This document shows, in pieces, positions 1 to 6,863 of a DNA stretch of 24,877 nt. The stretch spans positions 1 through 24,877 of the forward strand of contig JALWQZ010000023.1 of the NCBI GenBank assembly GCA_027077895.1, given 5' to 3'. Within the stretch, counting starts at the first letter, position 1; each line of letters begins with the position of its first letter. The notes below the pieces were generated by a model. The model had not been told where the DNA came from. It did no database searches and saw only the letters and a list, made by a program, of their open reading frames with translations. Origin of the DNA: Candidatus Micrarchaeota archaeon (GTDB lineage: Archaea; B1Sed10-29; WALL01; WAMD01). A program made the position numbers and the translations under genes.

Positions 1-2
1 TT

Positions 3-98
3 ACAAATGAGAATGTCCCAGAATACCCAGGTTACACCCTAATAATCGGGCTGATACTGGCAGCAATCGGTGCTTATTACATATCTAAGAGGTCATAG
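3..98 (+). CDS. 3' end of a partial ORF; C-terminal tail ...NENVPEYPGYTLIIGLILAAIGAYYISKRS* (PGF-CTERM-like: PGY, hydrophobic helix, basic end)
   Basis: Open frame from the window edge to TAG 96-98. The tail has a Pro-Gly-aromatic motif, a ~17-aa hydrophobic helix and a KRS basic end. It overlaps the convergent Dph2 3' end by 22 nt. It is absent from the ORF track because no start lies in the window. Confidence 0.3.
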   Translation, partial: TNENVPEYPGYTLIIGLILAAIGAYYISKRS

Positions 99-1006
99 AA
101 TTCGTCGGGTAGTAGGACTGGCCTCTTGTAATTTTTCCAGTCGTCTATGACTATCCTAGGGCATGCAGTTATCACGTATGCATCAAAGCCTAGGTAGTCC
201 AGGTTATCTGGTGTTATTAGATCCAGAATTATTTGAGTAGAGTCAAAACCCTGTTTTTTAGCCATTTTCACCAATTTTTCAGCAATTTCTGGGAAGTACT
301 GACCTGGTTTTGTACTTAGAACTACCCCAAACGATTTTGCATTCATCGCCTTTGATATGCGCAGGGACCTCTCCTTGAGCAGTTTATCTCCTGTAAGGAC
401 TTGCATTTCCATCGAGAATGGGTCTATTGCATATACTTTTTTTCCTGTTTGATAAGCCACCATCAACGGGTGGAAAACGCCAGAGCCAATGTAGACAAAT
501 GAATCTACTTTGTCTTTTATACTCAATGCAGCCCCAGCATCGCATCCCAGAACCTGCCCAGGATATGTCGTCCTAACTCCCTTTCCGATAAATACTTCTT
601 TTCCATGTTTTTCCAGCATCTCCTTGACTTTGCCCACAAATCCAATGTGCTGGACAGTTGTCGCCAATCCTACCCTTTCCTCGTTTATACCTGATATCCT
701 CTCCTCTACGGCAGTGCTAGGGTCTATGTCATATCTATACTCCCAGTACACCACTGGCTCTAGGTTTAGCATTCTAGAGTGACCTACATGCAGGGTGATT
801 GCATTATCCAGAAATCTCAAATCACATGCGCCAAAGCAAGGGTCAGCAGAGATGATCGGCTCGAACCCGAGAGAATTTAGTTCGTCAGAAATAGCCTTCG
901 CCTTTGGTTTGAGGCCCTCTGGGAGTTGGACTAGGACGCGCCTAGTTCCATACTCCTTGGACTTGTTTTCAAGTTCTTCAATTACTCTTTGCGGTAGCAA
1001 GTTCAA
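77..1006 (-). CDS. dph2: Diphthamide biosynthesis protein Dph2 (2-(3-amino-3-carboxypropyl)histidine synthase)
   Basis: 309 aa with typical archaeal Dph2 layout (VLVQLPEGLK..., conserved Cys-containing segments). TTG start at 1006 overlaps the L10e stop by 29 nt. Confidence 0.8.
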   Translation of the reverse strand: MNLLPQRVIEELENKSKEYGTRRVLVQLPEGLKPKAKAISDELNSLGFEPIISADPCFGACDLRFLDNAITLHVGHSRMLNLEPVVYWEYRYDIDPSTAVEERISGINEERVGLATTVQHIGFVGKVKEMLEKHGKEVFIGKGVRTTYPGQVLGCDAGAALSIKDKVDSFVYIGSGVFHPLMVAYQTGKKVYAIDPFSMEMQVLTGDKLLKERSLRISKAMNAKSFGVVLSTKPGQYFPEIAEKLVKMAKKQGFDSTQIILDLITPDNLDYLGFDAYVITACPRIVIDDWKNYKRPVLLPDEFYDLLDM

Positions 1007-1520
1007 CTACCTCAACCTTGTATCTCAACGGCAGTTTGGGGGTGACAGATTTCATTATCTGTCTGGCTTTCTCTGCTGCTTTGTCTGTCATAACAAATAC
1101 ACTGACAATCGTCTGTCCCTTATCAACCTGGGCTGCCCTACCTATTGGCCTCCCAAAAGCGTGCTTCATACCAGTCTGCAATCTATCCGCACCTGCACCG
1201 CTTAGCAATGCATTTTCCCTCATGACGTGGTGTGGATAAATCCTAATCTTCAACCAATAATTCTCCTTACCAAATGCCTTATCCAATTTCTTGTTTAGGA
1301 ATATTCTTATTGATTCCAATGCATTGTGCCTTATCTGAACTGGCTGCACTGCAACCAACCTGACCTCGTATTTGTACGGTTTCTTCGGATTACCCAAATC
1401 AAATATCCTGATCCTAGGATCTGGAACACCTTTGACCAAAGCCTTGTTGACTCTTCTCTTTGCTGTCCTAGTGTACGGTCTCTCGACCTTTCTATAACAC
1501 CTTGCAGGTCTTAGTCCCAT
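978..1520 (-). CDS. rpl10e: 50S ribosomal protein L10e (uL16)
   Basis: MGLRPARCYR... N-terminus and overall L10e/L16 sequence. The ATG at 1518-1520 is preferred over the track's TTG at 1553 because a GGAGGGA RBS lies 5 nt upstream. Confidence 0.9.
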   Translation of the reverse strand: MGLRPARCYRKVERPYTRTAKRRVNKALVKGVPDPRIRIFDLGNPKKPYKYEVRLVAVQPVQIRHNALESIRIFLNKKLDKAFGKENYWLKIRIYPHHVMRENALLSGAGADRLQTGMKHAFGRPIGRAAQVDKGQTIVSVFVMTDKAAEKARQIMKSVTPKLPLRYKVEVVELATAKSN

Positions 1521-1802
1521 ATCTATCCCTCCGATTAATAATGAAGTCCACAAAAAGGCATAAAGTTATTGGACCCTTCATTTAAAAACCTTTTGTATAA
1601 CACCCATGTTTGCCACTTGGGAAGTGTTGTATATACCCTTGCTACGCGTTTAGGGATGATTCTTATGTCATAGTTAATGACAAGAAAAAAAGAAGAAACC
1701 CTGGGAAGACGAAGGCTATGAAGGCGATGAGGATGGGGGCTACCACGAAGACGGTGAGGATTAATGTATAACCTATTAACCCCTAATCTCTTGCCCCATC
1801 AT

Positions 1803-1812
1803 GCTTAAATTT
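1803..1812 (+). promoter_or_regulatory. TATA-like box (gcTTAAATTt) about 26 nt upstream of the rfcL ATG; leaderless-type promoter
   Basis: A/T-rich box at archaeal -26 spacing relative to the start codon at 1834. The palindrome TTCTGT-n9-ACAGAA (1811-1831) overlaps the start region. Confidence 0.4.
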
Positions 1813-1833
1813 CTGTGCGTCTAAAACAGAAAT

Positions 1834-3036
1834 ATGCAACCATGGGTTATAAAGTATCAGCCGACTAGGCTAGAGGATGTTGCCGGGAACAAGGAGGCTT
1901 TAAAGAGAATAGACCTATGGTTCAAGACATGGAAACCTGGGAAGAAGGCCTTGCTCCTAGTTGGTCCACCAGGGGTTGGTAAGACCACTGCTGCTGTGGC
2001 ACTAGCCAAAGAGCATGGGCTAGACCTTCTTGAAATGAATGCCAGCGATACCAGGAATAAAGCAGGTGTCAGTAGGATAGTTGGTCTTGCCAGCCAGTAC
2101 GGAAGTTTGTTCTCAAGTGGTAGGTTGATATTGATAGACGAAGTTGATGGGATGAATAGGTATGACCGGGGAGGGACAACTGAGTTGGTTAAGATACTGA
2201 AGCAGTCCCAGTATCCCATAATACTAACAGCCAATGATGATTATGCTACACCCGTTAGGGCTATAAAGCAATACGTTGAGGTTGTTAAGTTCAAGAAGGT
2301 AAATTCACTGACTATAAAGTCTGTCCTTAAACGGATTGCATCGGCCGAGGGTATAGACGTTGATGAATCTATCGTTGATAAAATCGCTAAGAACGCGGAT
2401 GGGGACTTAAAATCCGCAATAAATGACCTTCAGGCTGTATCTGAAGGTGAGAAAAAAGTTGGTGAGTCAGCAGGTAACCTGTTGTTTGCTAGAGATCGAC
2501 AGCAAGATGTGTTCCAGGCTTTGAAGATAATATTCAAGACAGAGAGTTTTAAAACAGCCAAATCAGCAGTTATGAACTTGGACCTTGATCCAGACATGCT
2601 GAAGGCGTGGATAGACGAAAACATATCTAATGAATATGAAAACATGGAGGAGGTGGCTGAGGCCTATTACTGGTTATCTAGGGCAGACATATTCTCTGGC
2701 AGGATAATCAGGAGGCAGAACTGGAGTTTGCTCTCTTATGTCCTAGATTTTATGACTGCAGGTGTTGCCTTGTCTAAGAATAAGATGTATCGCAAGTTTA
2801 CTAGATACCAATTCCCACAGTCAATAATGTATCTATCTAGAACTAAAGCCACTCGCCAGATTGAGTATTCCCTTGCTAGGAAGATAGGTGCGAAGATACA
2901 TGCTAGCCAGAACGAGGTCATGACGGAGTACTTGCCGTATATCCGGGAAATGGTAAGACTAGGCAAACTCAATGTATCCAGGTTTTCTGAGTACTTTGAC
3001 CTGTCTGATAGTGAAATTTCGTTGTTGAGGGATTAG
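1834..3036 (+). CDS. rfcL: Replication factor C large subunit
   Basis: Walker A LLLVGPPGVGKTT, ELNASD-type motif (EMNASDTRNK), Walker B ILIDEVDGM, sensor PIILTAND. 400 aa. Confidence 0.85.
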   Translation: MQPWVIKYQPTRLEDVAGNKEALKRIDLWFKTWKPGKKALLLVGPPGVGKTTAAVALAKEHGLDLLEMNASDTRNKAGVSRIVGLASQYGSLFSSGRLILIDEVDGMNRYDRGGTTELVKILKQSQYPIILTANDDYATPVRAIKQYVEVVKFKKVNSLTIKSVLKRIASAEGIDVDESIVDKIAKNADGDLKSAINDLQAVSEGEKKVGESAGNLLFARDRQQDVFQALKIIFKTESFKTAKSAVMNLDLDPDMLKAWIDENISNEYENMEEVAEAYYWLSRADIFSGRIIRRQNWSLLSYVLDFMTAGVALSKNKMYRKFTRYQFPQSIMYLSRTKATRQIEYSLARKIGAKIHASQNEVMTEYLPYIREMVRLGKLNVSRFSEYFDLSDSEISLLRD

Positions 3037-3037
3037 G

Positions 3038-3835
3038 ATGTTGGTGGCTTTTCCGGTTGATGAGAATGATGGATTGGGTTCTAGAATCTCTGACCATTTT
3101 GGGAGAGCCACTGGGTTTCTGCTGTTTGACACAGAATCTGAAAACGTTAAGTATGTGGATGCACCCACTCATGCCTTCGGTTCGTTTCCACAGTTTCTAG
3201 GCGATCTGGGAGTCAACGCCCTGGTTTGCAATAACATTGGGGATAAGGCTAGAGAACTTATAGGTAATCTAGGTATAACTGTGTTCTCCCAGTTTAGTGG
3301 AAAGGTCAGCGATGCTCTTGAGCATTTGATGCCTAAATTCGAGGAGATTGACAAACAGATTAGAGAAGAGGAAGAGCGCAAGAAAGCACAAGCACTTGCT
3401 TTACAACGCTCAATTGAAAGACACTTAACGTACACTATCATTGCACTCGATGGCAGTTTTTTGGTTATTGTTAAACTGGATGAAGAAAATTTTGTCCTAG
3501 TTGATTTGGATGGTGAAGGGTGCAATATGAGTTATGCCTCTTTTTCTGGTGAGGTGGATTCAGACGATAGCAAGGATAAGTACCTTGCACTGAGATTTAG
3601 GTACACGCGTTTTCTAGGTAAGCAGGAGGTCTCGGTTGAATCAAATGAAGGAGTGGTGAAGGTAGGAACATATCTGTTTGAAATTAGAGAGGAAGAGAAG
3701 TGTGAGGTACCAGACAAGGTTATGAATGCCCTTTCAGGATTAGACAAAGATGTGGAATCAACTGGCGTAAAAGACAGATTAAAGGCGATAAACGATTGGC
3801 TCTATGAACTAGTTCATTCAAGAGAGCATGAATAA
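3038..3835 (+). CDS. Two-domain protein: N-terminal NifX/NifB/MTH1175-type (dinitrogenase FeMo-cofactor family, PF02579-like) domain, coiled linker, uncharacterized ~130-aa C-terminal domain
   Basis: Residues 1-100 MLVAFPVDENDGLGSRISDHFGRATGFLLFDTE...GVNALVCNNIGDKARELIGNLGITVF match the NifX-like family signature (xIAxPxDxxxLSxHFGRAxxFxxYD...G...). A KE-rich linker follows, then a domain I cannot assign. Start is 2 nt after the rfcL stop. Confidence 0.65.
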   Translation: MLVAFPVDENDGLGSRISDHFGRATGFLLFDTESENVKYVDAPTHAFGSFPQFLGDLGVNALVCNNIGDKARELIGNLGITVFSQFSGKVSDALEHLMPKFEEIDKQIREEEERKKAQALALQRSIERHLTYTIIALDGSFLVIVKLDEENFVLVDLDGEGCNMSYASFSGEVDSDDSKDKYLALRFRYTRFLGKQEVSVESNEGVVKVGTYLFEIREEEKCEVPDKVMNALSGLDKDVESTGVKDRLKAINDWLYELVHSREHE

Positions 3836-4773
3836 ATCCATCTATCTAAACTCTTGTGAACTCTAATATGCAGTTTGGTTTTAATTTTCCATTTGGCATT
3901 TTCTAGCATATCGTCCATCTCGATTGGCCCGACTATTACTAGGTTACTGGTGTGCTCTCTAAATTTCTTAATTGCTCTAGGATAGAACTCGTTTATCCCT
4001 GACTCCATCATAGAACTCCTACCGTACGGCATATCGGTTACTATTGCATCGTAGCGCCCTCCCCTCCATTCGAAGAAATTGGCGTTCACAACATTTCCAT
4101 CTACACCATAGTACTCTATGTTTCTTTTAGCGCCACTTGCCCACCTCTGATTGAGTTCTACACCTGTAGGTTTTATCCCCATTAGCCCTGCTTCTATCAA
4201 GATCCCACCGACACCACAGAATGGATCTAGTAAGGTTTGGCCTGGCTTTACTCCAGATAGGTTTATTAGGAATCTTGCCAGTTTGGGTTTCAGGCTAGTT
4301 GGATGAAAAACTGGTCTTCTCTGTGGATGCCTTATGGCATAATCCTTTGGGTCGTTTTTCCAAATTCTCCTCCCTATTAATGTCTCATCGTTTATCACAA
4401 TTAGGTCGAATACTATCCTGGGATTATCTAGATTCGGATGCCCATGGATGCTGTTTGCGAATGTCTCCTTTATCTCTTGTGAATCTACTTTGGAATTGAA
4501 TTTCCAAACGACTGGTTTAAACCCATCGTAAACTTCTCTGAACCTGTCTAATCTCCTTATCTGGGAGATGTCTCTAATGCTTCCCCTCCATACTACTCTA
4601 GTCCCTACCTTTGCGTATGCCAGTCGCCGGATGAAATTTTCACCACAATCGTCAGATACAACCACTCTCTCACTAACCTTTTCGAATCCACACTTGTACG
4701 AACTAGCCAACGCTCTGAATTCTTCCTTGCCTAGTTCTCCATCTAGTTCACCACTGAGTACAACCGCAAGCAC
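3814..4773 (-). CDS. THUMP-domain tRNA (guanine-N2)-methyltransferase, Trm11/TrmG10-like
   Basis: SAM-binding motif I LLDPFCGVGGILIEAG. Motif IV is DMPYG, a variant of the DPPY/NPPY amino-methyltransferase motif. N-terminal THUMP-like region. GTG start. The 3' end overlaps the convergent gene by 22 nt. Confidence 0.7.
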   Translation of the reverse strand: MLAVVLSGELDGELGKEEFRALASSYKCGFEKVSERVVVSDDCGENFIRRLAYAKVGTRVVWRGSIRDISQIRRLDRFREVYDGFKPVVWKFNSKVDSQEIKETFANSIHGHPNLDNPRIVFDLIVINDETLIGRRIWKNDPKDYAIRHPQRRPVFHPTSLKPKLARFLINLSGVKPGQTLLDPFCGVGGILIEAGLMGIKPTGVELNQRWASGAKRNIEYYGVDGNVVNANFFEWRGGRYDAIVTDMPYGRSSMMESGINEFYPRAIKKFREHTSNLVIVGPIEMDDMLENAKWKIKTKLHIRVHKSLDRWIYSCSLE

Positions 4774-4796
4774 AAATGTTTTATTAAACTCTTGAC

Positions 4797-4806
4797 CATA
4801 AATATG
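4797..4806 (+). promoter_or_regulatory. TATA box (cATAAATATg) upstream of lon; AGGTGA RBS at 4818-4823
   Basis: ATAAATAT about 26 nt upstream of ATG 4828. The reverse complement of ttattaaa at 4781-4788 may serve the divergent Trm11-like gene. Confidence 0.45.
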
Positions 4807-4827
4807 TAGCGTTTTCTAGGTGATTGC

Positions 4828-6777
4828 ATGGCAACACGTACCAGGAAAAAAACTAAGTCAAAAAAGAAAGTGAGAGGGAAGAATGTGGCATCTAAGGCAG
4901 TTGATAAGGACTATCCTAGTTTAGACCTTGATATCAAAACAACGAAAGATTTGTCCGTGCCACCAAAACTTATCGACCAAATAATAGGGCAAGATTATGC
5001 TGTTGACATTGTTAAAAAGGCAGCAAAGCAGAGGAGGAATGTTTTTCTCCTTGGCGACCCTGGTACCGGGAAGTCCATGCTCGCCCAGGCAATGGCTCAA
5101 CTGTTGCCTGTGACCGAACTAGAAGATATTCTGGTCTATCCAAATCCAATGGACTCGAACACGCCTAAGATACGGGTTGTCCCGGCGGGTGAGGGAAGAA
5201 AGATTGTCGAGAAGGAGAGAACTAAAGAATTGGCGGAGTCTGCCAATTCTAGGTTCATATCTAGTTTGATTCTTCTCTTCTTGTTGATGATTCCATGGTT
5301 CTTTTTGTACATGGGTTGGATGTCAGAGATCATGGCCGCTGCTTCTCTAGTTGTGGCTGGTCTCTTGGGCATGGGGATAATATTATCCACCCAAGTAAAG
5401 GGGACCAACCCAGAGAAGAGTATGGCACCAAAGTTATTGATTGACAATTACGATAAGAAGACGGCACCATTTGTTGATGCTACAGGCGCTAGGGCAGGCG
5501 CATTGCTAGGGGATGTTAAACATGATCCTCTACAGTCTGCTGGGCTAGGTACACCCCCACATGTTAGGGTCGTTCCAGGCATGATTCATAGAGCCCATAA
5601 GGGAGTTCTTTTTATAGATGAAATTGCCACACTTAGCCCAAAGTCTCAGCAGGACTTGTTGACTGCGATGCAAGAAAAGAAGTTCCCGATAACAGGGCAG
5701 AGTGAACTTAGCAGTGGAGCGATGGTTAGAACAGAGCCGGTCCCATGTGATTTTATACTTGTTGCAGCAGGTAATGAGATTGATCTTCAAAAAATGCACC
5801 CAGCATTAAGATCAAGGATTAGAGGATACGGGTATGAGATCTATTTGAACAATACAATGCCAGATACTCCTGAGAATAGAAGGAAGTTAGCAAGGTTTGT
5901 TGCTCAGGAAGTTATCAAGGATGGTAAGATACCCCACTTTACCAAGGAAGCAGTTGAGTTAATAATTCTAGAGGCGAAGAAGAGAGCAGGCAAGAAGAAT
6001 AGGCTAACATTAAAATTGAGGGATTTGGGTGGTCTGGTTAGGGCCGCAGGTGATATTGCAAACTCAAAGGGCCATAGATATGTTCTACCTGAGGATGTTG
6101 AAGATGCTAAGAAATCTGCCAGGACTCTGGAGGAGCAGGTCGCAGACAAGTACCTAGAAGAGAAGAGAGAGTATGAGGTGTTTTATGTTAAAGGAAAGAA
6201 GGTCGGAAGGGTTAATGGCCTGGCAATCTTTGGTAATGGTGGCCTTGTGTTGCCCATAGAAGCCAATATATCCACTAGCCAGTCTAAAGAGGGAAGGATT
6301 ATTGCCACAGGCAAACTGGGTGAAATCGCAAAGGAAGCAGTTTTGAATGTTTCTGCTATAATAAAGAAATACAAGGGGGCGTCGTTAGCAGGGAAGGACA
6401 TACACATTCAGTTCCTGCAAACGTATGAGGGAGTCGAGGGTGATTCTGCATCAGTGAGCGTTGCTACCGCAGTTGTATCTGCATTGGAAGGTATCCCAGT
6501 TAGACAGGATATTGCGATGACAGGCTCTCTAACTATAAGGGGTGAGGTCCTGCCTGTTGGTGGTGTTACGCAGAAGGTTGAAGCAGCCATAGATGCCGGA
6601 ATGAAGGCAGTCATAATCCCAGAGGCGAATAAGGACGATGTGTTCATACCAGGGGAGAAGAGGAACAAGATACAAATATTGACTGCAAAGAATGCCGTTG
6701 ACGTTTTCAAGTATGCCCTAGTTGATTCTAGTAAGAAGAAGCAGTTGATATCAAAACTGGCAAAGGTTATAGATTAA
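4828..6777 (+). CDS. lonB: Archaeal membrane-bound Lon protease (LonB)
   Basis: Walker A GDPGTGKS. Two transmembrane helices inserted in the AAA+ module (SLILLFLLMIPWFFLYMGW...LVVAGLLGMGIILS). C-terminal protease domain with Ser-Lys dyad context GDSASV. 649 aa, no intein. Confidence 0.9.
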   Translation: MATRTRKKTKSKKKVRGKNVASKAVDKDYPSLDLDIKTTKDLSVPPKLIDQIIGQDYAVDIVKKAAKQRRNVFLLGDPGTGKSMLAQAMAQLLPVTELEDILVYPNPMDSNTPKIRVVPAGEGRKIVEKERTKELAESANSRFISSLILLFLLMIPWFFLYMGWMSEIMAAASLVVAGLLGMGIILSTQVKGTNPEKSMAPKLLIDNYDKKTAPFVDATGARAGALLGDVKHDPLQSAGLGTPPHVRVVPGMIHRAHKGVLFIDEIATLSPKSQQDLLTAMQEKKFPITGQSELSSGAMVRTEPVPCDFILVAAGNEIDLQKMHPALRSRIRGYGYEIYLNNTMPDTPENRRKLARFVAQEVIKDGKIPHFTKEAVELIILEAKKRAGKKNRLTLKLRDLGGLVRAAGDIANSKGHRYVLPEDVEDAKKSARTLEEQVADKYLEEKREYEVFYVKGKKVGRVNGLAIFGNGGLVLPIEANISTSQSKEGRIIATGKLGEIAKEAVLNVSAIIKKYKGASLAGKDIHIQFLQTYEGVEGDSASVSVATAVVSALEGIPVRQDIAMTGSLTIRGEVLPVGGVTQKVEAAIDAGMKAVIIPEANKDDVFIPGEKRNKIQILTAKNAVDVFKYALVDSSKKKQLISKLAKVID

Positions 6778-6778
6778 G

Positions 6779-6783
6779 TTTTT
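6779..6783 (+). terminator. Short oligo-T tract just after the lon stop (possible archaeal termination signal)
   Basis: TTTTT begins 2 nt after the TAA. This is ambiguous because the C/D sRNA starts 25 nt downstream and could be processed from a lon read-through transcript. Confidence 0.25.
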
Positions 6784-6807
6784 ATTGGTTATGTAACTAA
6801 AGATAGT

Positions 6808-6863
6808 GGCAATGATGACATCGCCCCAGTCTGATGGGTGATGACCAGAGTAACTACTGAGCC
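6808..6863 (+). ncRNA. C/D box small RNA (2'-O-methylation guide sRNA)
   Basis: Terminal stem GGC (6808-6810) / GCC (6861-6863). C box AATGATGA 6811-6818. 12-nt guide catcgccccagt 6819-6830. D' box CTGA 6831-6834. C' box gTGATGA 6838-6844. 12-nt guide ccagagtaacta 6845-6856. D box CTGA 6857-6860. Box order, the 12-nt spacers and the 4-nt D'-C' spacer are canonical archaeal geometry. Confidence 0.7.

Noticed and set aside
510-1239. Plus-strand ORFs 510-782, 795-1205, 1018-1239 and the many 60-180-aa ORFs antisense to assigned genes throughout the window (e.g. 1857-2234, 5136-5447, 7665-8198, 18503-19018, 20892-21452)
   Set aside because: They lie fully inside well-supported conserved genes on the opposite strand or in another frame and have low-complexity, Ser/Leu/Pro-rich composition with no RBS or motif. 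They are typical shadow ORFs.
1681-1780. Purine-rich tract with 14-17-codon ATG ORFs (e.g. MKAMRMGATTKTVRINV) as a small protein gene
   Set aside because: No RBS or TATA at appropriate spacing and no recognisable peptide features. It is kept only as part of the unexplained-spacer finding.
2229-2236. Isolated AATGATGA / GTGATGA / ATGATGA C-box-like heptamers inside coding regions (also near 19421, 23283, 23468, 14123)
   Set aside because: None is followed by CTGA after a 10-13-nt spacer plus a second C'/D pair. Each is explained by the codons encoding N-D-D or V-M-T in the host gene.
4828-6777. Possible intein in Lon or RFC (common in some archaeal lonB/rfc genes)
   Set aside because: Lengths (649 and 400 aa) and uninterrupted Walker A/B and Ser-Lys motifs leave no room for an intein. 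No C/H/S...HN splice-junction blocks were seen.
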